Source: Candidatus Bathyarchaeota archaeon (GTDB taxonomy: Archaea; Thermoproteota; Bathyarchaeia; Bathyarchaeales; DTEX01). Taken from it: a DNA stretch of 64,000 nt. The stretch covers positions 1 through 64,000 of the forward strand of contig CAVQNT010000002.1 of NCBI GenBank assembly GCA_963714275.1. The letters run 5' to 3'. Of the stretch, positions 49,531 through 59,604 are shown piece by piece; position 1 is the first letter of the stretch, and every line of letters begins with the position of its first letter. A model generated the notes under the pieces. It was not told where the DNA came from, ran no database searches, and saw only the letters and a list, made by a program, of their open reading frames with translations. Both the position numbers and the translations under genes were made by a program.

Positions 49531-50820
49531 TTATTTTTCTTCCGGTGGTCTGAGCGCACGAAAACTGCGGTAAAGTAGCAAGTCGTACACGATCTTCAGG
49601 CCGCCAGACAGGAAAAAAGGTACGCCCGCCAACGCTGCCTGAGCCAGTAATGGCCCCGTAAAGACCGGCGATAAAGATGCTCCAGTCGTGCGGGCAATGC
49701 CGGTTACCCCCGCCGCGGCCGAACGCTCATCCGGGTCCACTACGGCCATCGTGTAAGATTGGCGGGTAGGCACGTCCATCTGGGAGATGCTGAATCGCAG
49801 CAGCAACATCGTAATCGCCAGGGGTAGGTTGGGCATGAGGGGGACCAGGATCAGCAAGATGTTGGAGGGGATATGCGTAAATACCATCGTCCGAATCAAC
49901 CCAATGCGGGAAGCTACCCAGGCGGCAGATAATGCTGAAAGGCCAGCAAGGATGTTTGCTCCGAAGAAGATGCCGCCCAGCAACGCTGGTTGTACATTGA
50001 AGCGTACGTGGAACCAGTAGGCCACGATACTCTGGAGGACAAAGCCGCCGGCGAAGGCATCCAGCGAGAAGAGGGCGGAGAGTTTGAAAACAACTCTCCG
50101 CGACCGATGCAGACCAAGGCGGCCTTTCTTCGGCGGAGAAGAACCGGGTGGGCCGGCTTTTTGATATATTTCTACAACGGGCGAAAGTTTGGTGAATAAA
50201 AGCCCCAGGATCAGTCCGATGGCCGCATAGCCAATCACAATCACCCGGTAGCTTGACAGAGGCGCCAGGCCTGCACCCTGCGCAACCGCAGCCAGCCCTC
50301 CACCGCATAGCGAACCCAACGCCGTAGCAAAAGAACCGATTAGATTATACCAGGCAAAAACCTGGGTGCGCCGGTGGTCTTGAATAATCTGGGATAGCGC
50401 CGCCTGTTCAATGGACAAAAAGGGTCCGACTTCGTAACCGCTGGGGCTGATCACGCCGATGGTGGCTGCAATCAGCAGCAGCACGAAGTTGCGCGTCAGC
50501 GCGAATAATATTCCCGCGAAGACCATCAGGACTGCGCCGACGATGAGCATCCGCCTCCTCCCCATTCGGTCGGCTGTCGTAGTTATCCCCAGGGAAATGA
50601 TTGTGTCGCCGATCAGGGTCAGGGTGAGCAACAGGCCAATCTGGGTTTCACTCAGGCCAGCTTGGGCCAGATAGAGCATGAGCACGACGGACAAGAACCC
50701 ATAGGCAAACAGACGTGCGGTGCGGGTGATGAAAAGGAGACGGCCGTCAGGACTCAAGGCCCGAAGATCCTGAAATATACGTAATTTGAAAAGCATATGG
50801 GGGTTCCCTCGGAATCTCAC
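49531..50820 (-). CDS. MFS transporter
   Basis: ADRMGRRR motif A, many TM segments, QMDVPTRQSY. Confidence 0.88.
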   Translation of the reverse strand: MRFRGNPHMLFKLRIFQDLRALSPDGRLLFITRTARLFAYGFLSVVLMLYLAQAGLSETQIGLLLTLTLIGDTIISLGITTTADRMGRRRMLIVGAVLMVFAGILFALTRNFVLLLIAATIGVISPSGYEVGPFLSIEQAALSQIIQDHRRTQVFAWYNLIGSFATALGSLCGGGLAAVAQGAGLAPLSSYRVIVIGYAAIGLILGLLFTKLSPVVEIYQKAGPPGSSPPKKGRLGLHRSRRVVFKLSALFSLDAFAGGFVLQSIVAYWFHVRFNVQPALLGGIFFGANILAGLSALSAAWVASRIGLIRTMVFTHIPSNILLILVPLMPNLPLAITMLLLRFSISQMDVPTRQSYTMAVVDPDERSAAAGVTGIARTTGASLSPVFTGPLLAQAALAGVPFFLSGGLKIVYDLLLYRSFRALRPPEEK

Positions 50821-50983
50821 CTCATGAACTAGAAAGTCTGGCCGCGCGGGGACTTTTTCATAATTCTTTGTAAAGTTATTAGAGCTGGACTAGGAAATAT
50901 ATAAGGTGAATCCTGTATTTTATGAGGAGGGATTCCGTATTTTGAGGCTGGCGGGGATGAGATAGAAAAAAATAGATGTGGGA

Positions 50984-52327
50984 TCAGAGGTATTTCTCCA
51001 GGTTGATTTCTTGGTAGCCGGGGATAGAGATCGGCTTAAACTCCTTCTGCAAGCCACCCAAAGGGGCAGTGGCATCCATGCCCAATTTGGTCCCAACTCC
51101 CCCCGAACAGGATGGGTCGAGGAGGGAGCTTTGGGTTTTTGGGATGACCAGCAAATCGCGGTCTCCCTGAAATCGGGTAGCGATGGCCCATTCGACCTGC
51201 TCCATATCGAAGATGTCGATATCCTCATTGACCACGACTACGTGCTTGATGTCGGCATTGTTGCTCATGGCTGCGAGCATGGCCATACGAGCTTCCCCTT
51301 CGTTATCCTTGGCTAAGGAGATAATTAAATGATACCGACAGGTCCCGCCGAAAGTTAAATGTACTTGACGCACCGAGGGAACAGCCCGCTGTACGTCGGC
51401 CAGGATGCTGGCCTCCCGGGGAATAGCCCCCAGGAGAAGGTGTTCGCGGGACGCGGGAAGGATTGAGTAGAAAAGAGGGTCCTTCCTGTAGCAGATGGCC
51501 TTTAGCTTGAAGATAGGTCGCGGAGCCTCCGGGCTATAATACCGGGGGAATTCGCCGAAGGGCCCCTCCACTCTCGTTTGCGAGGGGTCAATGATTCCTT
51601 CGAGTACAATCTCCGAATCAACAGGGACTTCCACATCCACGCTGGCGCATCGTGCCAGCCTCAACGGAGATGAAGGACGCAGGGCATTGGCCACTTCCAG
51701 TTCATCGACGCCGAAAGGCAGAATCGCCTGTGAAGCCAGCAGGGTGAAAGGATCGACTCCGATGGCTACAGCCACCTCCAGGGGCTGTTGCATCTGAACG
51801 GATTCCTGCAGGCACAGATTTAGGTGGCGCGGGAGGATCAGCAAGCCTAGGAGGTTGTCGTTAAATACCCGGAGGCGATGGATGGAGGCGTTGCGAATCC
51901 CCGTTTCCGGGTCTTTGGCGACGAGAACTCCACCGGTGATATAAGGCCCGGCATCCCTTTCGTGGTAGGTGGGAATGGGAAAAATCTGCAAAGGGTTAAG
52001 ATTTTTGGTGAGCACATTCTCCTGAAAGGGGGCGCTCTCTCCCACCTCGCAGGGATGCGGATTTTCCATAGCTCTCCTGAGATTGGGGATAAAGTTTCCT
52101 TCGGCGATTTCCAGGGCCGCCGCCAGAGCTTTCCGGGAGAAGCAGAGATTTGTCACCAAGGGAATCGAATACCCCGAAACTTGCTCGAAAAATACACTCT
52201 TCTCTTTTTCCAGCTTTTTGGTGATGGCCCCGAGGACATATTGAGGATTTACCGGCTTGGGAATCCGGGAGAGCCACCCCTTTTTATCCCAGGTTGCCAA
52301 CCACGAACGGAAATTTTCCCCTACCAT
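50984..52327 (-). CDS. UbiD-family prFMN decarboxylase, HmfF (furandicarboxylate decarboxylase)-like
   Basis: D.GPYIT.G, N.SIHR, EIVLEG, EGPFGEFP.YY, EHLLLGAIPREA, GG.CRYH, EWAIATRFQ. The HmfF resemblance is from memory of the family, not a search. Confidence 0.85.
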   Translation of the reverse strand: MVGENFRSWLATWDKKGWLSRIPKPVNPQYVLGAITKKLEKEKSVFFEQVSGYSIPLVTNLCFSRKALAAALEIAEGNFIPNLRRAMENPHPCEVGESAPFQENVLTKNLNPLQIFPIPTYHERDAGPYITGGVLVAKDPETGIRNASIHRLRVFNDNLLGLLILPRHLNLCLQESVQMQQPLEVAVAIGVDPFTLLASQAILPFGVDELEVANALRPSSPLRLARCASVDVEVPVDSEIVLEGIIDPSQTRVEGPFGEFPRYYSPEAPRPIFKLKAICYRKDPLFYSILPASREHLLLGAIPREASILADVQRAVPSVRQVHLTFGGTCRYHLIISLAKDNEGEARMAMLAAMSNNADIKHVVVVNEDIDIFDMEQVEWAIATRFQGDRDLLVIPKTQSSLLDPSCSGGVGTKLGMDATAPLGGLQKEFKPISIPGYQEINLEKYL

Positions 52328-52344
52328 AAGGTTCCTTCTCCCTT

Positions 52345-53433
52345 CTAATCATATAGGGCCTGAGGAAGGTTAGAGAGCTTGGTATAGCCATGCGATTGAA
52401 TCACAATCTGATCTTCCACCCGGATGCCTCCAATCCGGCGGAGGTAAGCTGTGGTCTGAAACATGGCCACGACCATGCCGGGCTGCAAAACATCCTGGCC
52501 ATTTTTCAAAATGACTGGGAAAAATTCAGACTGGCGAAGACCGCTGCCGTATCCAATATCCGCTGGAATATAGCGGGCGTACCCATCCTCAGCCAGGATT
52601 CGCTCTGCTGCGGCGTAAACATGGCCGCTCAGAGTACCAGGCCGGGCAGCCTGAAAAGCAGCTTCCTGGGCCCGCAAGAGGATCTTTAAGAATTTCTTTT
52701 GCTCAGCCGAGGGCTTGCCCATGAACGCGGTCCGGCAAAGGTCTGATGAATATCCCTTATGCTTCGCTCCCAAATCAATCACTACCACATCTCTTTTACC
52801 GATCTTTCTTCGGGAGGCATAAGGATGGGCCAAGAGGGTCCTGGGACCGGAAGCCACCAGAGTGCCAAAGGCCACTCCTTCGCTCCCTGCTTTGCGCATG
52901 GCATATTCGGCCTCGGCAGCAATGTCGATCTCTGTGACTCCCGGCTTCACCGCTGCCAAGGCCGCTATCATTCCCGCTTCCGCCATGGCCATCGCTTTCT
53001 TGAGGTAACGGATTTCCTCCGGGGTTTTGATGGCCCGCATCTCATCCAGGGCACGGGTAATCGAAACAAAATTAACCTGAGGAAAAGCGCCCTGGAGGCT
53101 CTCCAGGATTCGGGCCGTCATATAGTCTTTCTCGATGCCGATAGAGCGGGGAGGATTCAAGTTTTTCCGGATCAGACCGGTCATTTTCTCGGCCATGGAG
53201 GATTCCGGAAACTGGTAGCCCTCGACTCTTTGAAGGGAACTCTCCTTCTTCACTTCGGAACCATCCAGCCAGATACAAACTTGAATGGGCGGAGAATCAC
53301 GAAAAATCAAGAGGCCCGAGCATACCGGGGCAGATCCTGACAAGTACATAACATCATGGGGTTTCAGGACCACGGAAACATCAATCCCCTGGCTCTCCAT
53401 CCAATTGCGAAACTGTTCGATTTTATCGTTCAT
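52345..53433 (-). CDS. M24 peptidase/creatinase-fold protein
   Basis: R.IK..EEI, PG.TE, D.G...GY.SD..RT, GG.RVED; canonical GHG.G appears as GYGSG and the EPG motif is absent. Confidence 0.8.
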   Translation of the reverse strand: MNDKIEQFRNWMESQGIDVSVVLKPHDVMYLSGSAPVCSGLLIFRDSPPIQVCIWLDGSEVKKESSLQRVEGYQFPESSMAEKMTGLIRKNLNPPRSIGIEKDYMTARILESLQGAFPQVNFVSITRALDEMRAIKTPEEIRYLKKAMAMAEAGMIAALAAVKPGVTEIDIAAEAEYAMRKAGSEGVAFGTLVASGPRTLLAHPYASRRKIGKRDVVVIDLGAKHKGYSSDLCRTAFMGKPSAEQKKFLKILLRAQEAAFQAARPGTLSGHVYAAAERILAEDGYARYIPADIGYGSGLRQSEFFPVILKNGQDVLQPGMVVAMFQTTAYLRRIGGIRVEDQIVIQSHGYTKLSNLPQALYD

Positions 53434-53477
53434 CCCCAAACCCCCTGTTTGGCAAATTGTTGCGAAATAGGATTATT

Positions 53478-53763
53478 GTTAAGATGCAGAAATTGGCGTA
53501 ATAAAATCGGTTCCAGGGTCCGGAGGCCAATGCGATTCGCTTGGCATCATAAGGCACTGGTTTTTCCATGGATAGGGCCGGAAGATGCACCCAGCGTCCC
53601 TTTGCGGACCCCAATCACCGTCTTTGGGTAGCCTTTTTCCCGGCCGATGCTGTCCCGCCATGGCGGGACTCATCGCCTTGGCCCCCCGACATCGGCACGG
53701 GCAGTCCCAGACAAAAAGAATGATCCATGATCCGCACTTTTTTATAGCGCCAATTTCCTTAAC
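53478..53763. mobile_element. Putative MITE-3 inside the operon
   Basis: Inverted ends GAAATTGGCGTAATAAAA (53489-506) / TTTTATAGCGCCAATTTC (53740-57), 16/18 matching; internal palindrome GTCCCGCCATGGCGGGAC; no credible ORF. Confidence 0.6.
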
Positions 53764-53787
53764 GAAGTACTAGATAAAGAATTTCCC

Positions 53788-54630
53788 TTAAGGGGTTTTG
53801 ACTACATCGTAAGTCAATTCCAGCCAAGGAGCGTCCAGGATGGCGGCTCCAATATCCAGGATGTCCACCCCTTTTTCCGCCAGCGTGGGAATCTCCTCCA
53901 GCTTGATCCCCCCGGAAAAAGCAATTTTTGCTTGACGGGGAGTTCCCTTTTCCTTTAAGACCTTAAAGACATCCTCCAAGTCTTGCCATGAGCCCGTATC
54001 TACCATCAGGATCTGCGCCCCGAGGTTGATAGCCTGTTGGGCTTCTTCAGCGATGGGCGAAAATTCTCCCCGTAATTGGATGACCTTGAGCAGGGAAGAA
54101 GAGGATACCGCCTGGAGCGTCCGGGAGATCCCTCCAAAGATGCGCACATAATTTTTATCCAGGTAGATGAAGGGTTCCTCGACGATGCGATGGGCAATCC
54201 CCCCGGCAGCCACTGCCTCCCAGATGTTCTCTTTGATTGGAAAAGGGTGCTTCTTCCATCCGCCACTGACCAGGCGAATTTTTCCGGCAGCAAGCCTTTT
54301 GGCTCTTTGCGCAGCTGAGGCTATGCCTGAAGGCTTGGCGATCAGGCCGATTACCAGGTTCTCGAATTTGACGATTTGCTCGGGTGTTCCCACGAACTGT
54401 CCGATCTCTTCGCCTTCCGCCAAAGCTTCCCCGCTCTGTTTCTTCCAGCTGGCGTTAAGTCCCAGCGCTTCGGCTGCCCTTTGCGCAAAAGGAATTCCGG
54501 CTACCGATCCGGAATCTTTGGAACGTAAAAATGCTTTCAGACGACGATCTGAGATGCTCTGAAAGATTCTCGCATAGAATGGATCTTCTATTACCCAATC
54601 GGTAATGAGCGTATCGTACCCCTTCATCAC
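53788..54630 (-). CDS. Quinolinate phosphoribosyltransferase (NadC/ModD)-like protein, divergent
   Basis: G..AG, SGIA..A, GG..HR, I.M.D, SGGI, GVD....GA; canonical TRKT and KDNH appear as GWKK and DKNY. Confidence 0.75.
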   Translation of the reverse strand: MMKGYDTLITDWVIEDPFYARIFQSISDRRLKAFLRSKDSGSVAGIPFAQRAAEALGLNASWKKQSGEALAEGEEIGQFVGTPEQIVKFENLVIGLIAKPSGIASAAQRAKRLAAGKIRLVSGGWKKHPFPIKENIWEAVAAGGIAHRIVEEPFIYLDKNYVRIFGGISRTLQAVSSSSLLKVIQLRGEFSPIAEEAQQAINLGAQILMVDTGSWQDLEDVFKVLKEKGTPRQAKIAFSGGIKLEEIPTLAEKGVDILDIGAAILDAPWLELTYDVVKTP

Positions 54631-54658
54631 TGGTTATTCACCCGAAGGATTTCGGCCG

Positions 54659-55555
54659 TCATCCATGCGCTCTCCATTTTCCCCTCAAGGCGGAAGCGAT
54701 ATGCTCGGCCATTTGCTTTTCGTCCCATCCTTTGTCCAGGCCCTCAAGAAGCTGGTCGAGCCCTATCTGCACCTCCCGGGTGGGTCCCGGCAGAGCAACG
54801 AGCCAGGAGATTCCCAATTTCCCCACGGCGATCCGGACCCCGTCTTTGACGTGCCTCCCTGTTCCCGGCTCGAATTTCACGATATAAGGCGTGGCCGCAG
54901 ACGGATCTACCCGGAGCAGACCTTCGACGGTGCAGTCTTTCTCTTCCGCTCCCACGCCTCCAGAGGTAAGGATGAGCCCGAATCCCTCATCCAAGGCTCT
55001 TTGCAGCCGGTAGGCGATGGTCCCAACATGATCGGGCAACACGCCCCCAGGATAAACTGTATAACCCTCTCTCCTGAGGCGGTCTTCGATCAAAGGGAAA
55101 TTGGTATCTGCGATCAAACCTTTTTGCACCTCAAATCCCGTGGAAAAAACGATCGCTCTTCTGGCCACTCGTCTGCGGATCTCCTCTCCCATCTGCTGAG
55201 CTTTTTCCAGGGCTGGTCCATAATCAGTTTGGTCTAGGCAGACCCAGCCCAGAGCGCCCTCCGAGTGCAAAGAGGCTTCCTCGGAGAGGGTAACCCCCGG
55301 AACCTCTGCGACCCGCCGCAAGATCTCCTGACCCTTCCCGGCGATCTGGCTGGCCTTGAGAATTTGGCGGAGGATATCAAGAACAATGTGGTCATCCCGT
55401 ACATCCACCACCAGCACTTCATTCGGTTCGAGCTCCAGAACCCCGGCTACCTGATGGGCGATGTCGTCGAGGCGAGCATTCTTAAGGGAGATACCCTTGA
55501 TCCAGAGCTCGGTTTTTTGCAGAAGATTGATTTCCAGATCTTTTTCTTTGTCCAA
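54659..55555 (-). CDS. Molybdopterin-binding (MoeA/MogA/CinA-type) domain protein with an N-terminal extension
   Basis: STG.EV..G.I.DTN, LPD, TSGG.G....D.T, LPGP. Confidence 0.8.
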   Translation of the reverse strand: MDKEKDLEINLLQKTELWIKGISLKNARLDDIAHQVAGVLELEPNEVLVVDVRDDHIVLDILRQILKASQIAGKGQEILRRVAEVPGVTLSEEASLHSEGALGWVCLDQTDYGPALEKAQQMGEEIRRRVARRAIVFSTGFEVQKGLIADTNFPLIEDRLRREGYTVYPGGVLPDHVGTIAYRLQRALDEGFGLILTSGGVGAEEKDCTVEGLLRVDPSAATPYIVKFEPGTGRHVKDGVRIAVGKLGISWLVALPGPTREVQIGLDQLLEGLDKGWDEKQMAEHIASALRGKWRAHG

Positions 55556-55604
55556 AAATGTGGTCTTTCTTTTTCCTTGCCTCTCCGGTAAGCCGCTAAG
55601 CCTC

Positions 55605-56591
55605 TTAAGGCATCCAGCCCTTCTCTTTAAAATATTTCTCCGCCCCGGGATGGAGCGGCAGGCCCAGGTTTTCTGGTTTCCATCCCACCTGGGGTTTGAA
55701 CGGCTTCAAACCTGCATGTCCCTTGGACAGGAATTCCTGGTTGTCGCAGATGATCTTCGTCACTGCATATGCCTGCTCGTTGGACAGTGCGTCCGTAGTA
55801 ATCAGCGAGGTGGTGGTCCCTACGGTCGGTATTTTTGTGTTCTGCCCCTTGAACGTCCCGGCGGGAATGGATGCCGGGAACCAGCCGAATCTCGTAAGTT
55901 TTTTGATGACTTCATCGCTGAGTCCGATGAAGGTCACATCGCAGGTAATGGCAATTTCACTCATCGCCGGGTGGCCGGCCGTAACCACCTGCATAAAGAG
56001 ATCGGCCTGGGCCTCCATAAGCATCTTCGAAATCACACCGAAAGAAGTATGAGTGACCTTCCCGCCGAAGGATTCGATGTCCTTGTAAGTAGCACCGATA
56101 GCTTCGGTTATCTGCCGGTTTGCAAACTCCCCCAGGCTTCCCCGGGTGACCGTCACCAGGTGGATGGGCATTTTTTTATTGGGGATATCGGGGAGAGAAG
56201 TGATTTGGGATTTCCGGGTAACTACGATGCCGACGTAATATTCGTCAAACCCTCCAATTAAACCTCGAAGGTTCGTCATTTTTTTATCGTAGGCCACATG
56301 GCCATCGAAGGCCCATCTACCCGTAACCGGGAAACCAAAACCCAGCTCTGAATCCCCTTTAGAGACAAGGTTCATGTTACCCACCCCTCCGGCGTAAGGG
56401 AGGACGTCGATTGTAGAGCCTTTCGGCAACTCTTTGCGCAGGATGTTCGCCATCAGGCCCCCATATACATACCAGGAGCTTCCCAATTCCAAGGTGGCGA
56501 TTCTCAGTTTTTGCGGCTCCAGGGCCCAAGAAGGTTGAACGGTAAGAATGAAAAATGCCATTAAAATGAAAATGATTTTTCCTTTCATCAT
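55605..56591 (-). CDS. TAXI-family TRAP substrate-binding protein
   Basis: Signal peptide, IAT...G..WY..G, GG..N, IPAGT, PLHPGA.KY..E.G. Confidence 0.88.
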   Translation of the reverse strand: MMKGKIIFILMAFFILTVQPSWALEPQKLRIATLELGSSWYVYGGLMANILRKELPKGSTIDVLPYAGGVGNMNLVSKGDSELGFGFPVTGRWAFDGHVAYDKKMTNLRGLIGGFDEYYVGIVVTRKSQITSLPDIPNKKMPIHLVTVTRGSLGEFANRQITEAIGATYKDIESFGGKVTHTSFGVISKMLMEAQADLFMQVVTAGHPAMSEIAITCDVTFIGLSDEVIKKLTRFGWFPASIPAGTFKGQNTKIPTVGTTTSLITTDALSNEQAYAVTKIICDNQEFLSKGHAGLKPFKPQVGWKPENLGLPLHPGAEKYFKEKGWMP

Positions 56592-56669
56592 TTCCTCCTC
56601 TTTTCCTTCTTAAAAGATTTTCCCTGCCTTAATCCAGTGATTCGGTAAATAACCCGCGTCATAATCCTA

Positions 56670-57489
56670 CTAAGCAAATTTCATCTTCACATCTCCCAGA
56701 AGCCCAAAATCAGCCCGGATGAAATCTCCGGCGCCACCGGCACCGCCGCGGTCAGGGACCCGGAGAGAATTACTTCTCCTTTGCGCAGAGTGATTCCATA
56801 AACCGCAAGCTTGTTGGCCAGCCAAGCTACGGCTTGGGCGGGATGGCCGAGGACTGCAGCCCCGGCTGCAGTGGCTACTACCTCGCCATTCTTCTCCAAA
56901 ATCATGCCCACGGTACGGAGGTCTAAAGCCCAGATCGGGGTGAGGACTCCCCCGAGAACGATCCGGGCGCTGGAGGCATTGTCGGCCACGGTGTCTGGAA
57001 GCTTGATCTTCCAATCTACGATCCGGCTGTCGATGATCTCCAGGGCTGGAATCACCCCTTCGCTGCATCGGATTACATCCGTCAGAGTGATCCCTGGCCC
57101 TCTCAGGTCTTCCTTCAGTACGAAAGCCAGCTCCCCTCGATGCGTGGTTGAATCAGGTCTTTGGCTGGAATCTTTTCTCCTTCCATCACCACCATTCCAT
57201 CCAGGATGTGACCATAGTCTGGCTCATCCACTCCGAGCATGGCCTGCATGGCCCGGCTGGTGATGCCGATTTTCTTGCCAACCACCACTTGGCCGGAGCT
57301 CTTTTTCATTTCCATGACTTTAAGCTGGATGCGGTAGGCATCGTCCACGGAAATTCCCGGGTCCGATTCCGTGAGCGGAGAAACAGGCTTCCGGTTTTTC
57401 TCAGCCGCCAGCAGCATTTCGGCCAAAGTTTTCATCGTCGACTTTTCAATCCATGGGTGCCCATAATTCTTTTGAATAGGACAATTCAT
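56670..57489 (-). CDS. 2-keto-4-pentenoate hydratase / 4-oxalocrotonate decarboxylase (MhpD family), two frameshifts
   Basis: DAY.IQ, G.KIG.TS.AMQ..LGV.EPDYG, PRIE, PALEIIDSR, ADNASS, LGHP..AV.WLAN; indels near 57135 and 56730. Confidence 0.85.
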
Positions 57490-57505
57490 TTCCCCTTAAG
57501 CTTTC

Positions 57506-58954
57506 TCAGGCCACTTGTTTGAGGATTTTTAAGTCAATATTTCTTTGCGCCAACCATTTGGGCATTAAAATCTTATCCACCCGTTCATTCACTTGCGAAG
57601 CGACCTGGCGTAGATGATCCGCCAGCGATCGGCTGACATTTACGCCCCCCGTAGCCCCATCGAAAATGATCACCTTGTCCGATTTTGTCGTACGGTAGGC
57701 GAATTCCATAGCCGTGGGCAAATTTTCTGACAGAAGGGCATGCTTCATATAATTCAGATTCATGGGGTCGCGGTTGAAGAGTTCTGCTTGTTCTCGGCCC
57801 ACCATGATGGTTGGCGTGTGTTCAGCAAAGAAAGTGGCTGGATAGCCTGTCCAGGCATAGTTGTGTACGACCATTTTAATTGCCGGGTTAACCGGTGGGA
57901 TGTCCGGAATCAATGGCCGGCCCCGATCATCATAGAAGGTCTCTGTATACCAGGTATATGGGGGTAGGGGGTTATCCAGGTCGAAGAGGTCTATGTTCGC
58001 ACCGACCATGTTGGCATAAATGACCCCTGCGGCAAATACGTAAGGCACCGGGCAAGGAAAATCCAGAATGACGATGCATTCATCAATGGCACTGAACAAG
58101 TTGATGATCTTGCCGTAATACTTCATTCCTCCCACGGTGGTCCGATTGTTGATGGCATACAGATCATTGTCGGCATCGATGGTCACAACCCCTGCGGGGG
58201 ACATAATCATAAAAATGGAGAACCCGTATTTGCTCTGGACGAATTCAGAATCGAAAATGGCCCGGGCCACGAAATTAGCCGCTCGGGGCCCCATATTCAT
58301 GTGGTAAGTAGAACGGGTTTCAGCCCGAGCATAGCTCATGCCAAAAGGCTTCACGGCCCGGTCCACCTGACGATGGAAATGAACCTCCCGCACGTCGCTG
58401 TTATGGGCATGAATGATCACATCGGCATCATAGGCCTGGCGAAGCCCGTAGAGGGTTCCCAAACAGGTCTGGATGGGAATACCGGCGTCGATGGGGGCTA
58501 TCCCTAAGGCTTTGCCTTTAAAATACTCATCCAGACCGTGGGCCTTGATATATTCTTCGGTTTCGCGGAAGCGCATTCCCAGACCGGCTCTCAGCCGAAC
58601 TTCCTTAGCCGGGGTTTCCCGTTCCACGATATCTTTGATCGTGCGGAGCATCTCGGCGTACGGTTTCCCTCCCAGAAATGTGAAACCATGGTGGGAGGCC
58701 AGAATGTTGACCGTGTTTCCAGGTTTGATCTTGGAGAAATCCACCCTGGCCAAGTGCGGCTTCAGTCTTTTCACGGATGACATTTTCCCCCTGGCCATCG
58801 GGGTAGATGACCTTTGGCATATCCGGAATCAATTCCTTCAAGGAGACGCTCGTCATTCCTTCCAATTCTGCACCTCGCCGGGCGACATATTTGGGGTCCA
58901 CCCCATACTGGGATGGGCGAGGGCTGGCAGGGGGAATGGTTTCTAGGCATACAT
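57506..58954 (-). CDS. Conserved-looking hypothetical protein (~480 aa), possibly a remote LarA/DUF362 fold; 5' part frameshifted
   Basis: GGAGG SD before ATG 58954; pieces in ORFs 58605-58901 and 57506-58798; His-rich motifs ASHHGF and ADVIIHAHNSDVREVHFHR. Confidence 0.65.
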
Positions 58955-58988
58955 AGTGGCTACCTCCATGGGTTAAAGGTTATGAACC

Positions 58989-59604
58989 TCAGGACTTTAT
59001 GGGGGTGTTGACGATGCGATCCATGAGTTCACGGTCCTCAACAAAACGAAAAACGGGATGTTTTCTCTTGATCTCCGGCAGACACCTCCCAGACTGTTGT
59101 GGTTCGACCGTACCACTGATAAGCTTTCTTTGCGCCGTTCCGGGCCGAAAGCCGGCAGCCTCCAGAAAACGCTGGATCGGTTGGTTGCATTCGATCCCGC
59201 ATCCGGCCCCGATACCCGTCGCCAGAACCACAGCATCGGGGGTTTTGGCCCCGGCTAAAATGGCCGCAGCCAATTCTTCGGCCCGGCTGGCCGAACAGTA
59301 ACAAACCACCTGTTTGGGATGAAAACGAGCCTTGCGGCACAAAGCCTCGATTTCCTTATATTCAAACTGAGAAACATCGGTTTTAAAGGTATATGGGTCA
59401 CAAGGAATCATATTTATGGCATGCTCCGGACAACGTTGTTGACAGTTCCAACATCCGACACATCTATGGAGGTCGATTTCTACCCGGGGCTTTTCCGTCT
59501 TCTCTTCTGACTTTAATGGCATAAACCGGGCAAACCATTTCACAAGTTTTACATCCCTTGCAGAGCTCGTTGTTCACCTGGGCATGAACGCTGACGACTT
59601 TCAT
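58989..59604 (-). CDS. 2x[4Fe-4S] ferredoxin fused to a BFD-like [2Fe-2S] domain, frameshifted
   Basis: CKGCKTC...CP, CVGCWNC...CP, VCYC...GCG.EC; AGGAGG SD before ATG 59604. Confidence 0.8.

Noticed and set aside
53423-53773. Small ORFs between the NadC-like and M24 genes as a missing ubiX or a peptide
   Set aside because: No recognisable motifs; the region is better explained as an inverted-repeat element.
54605-56261. Long plus-strand ORFs (210 aa and 266 aa)
   Set aside because: They are antisense shadows of well-supported minus-strand genes in GC-rich DNA.
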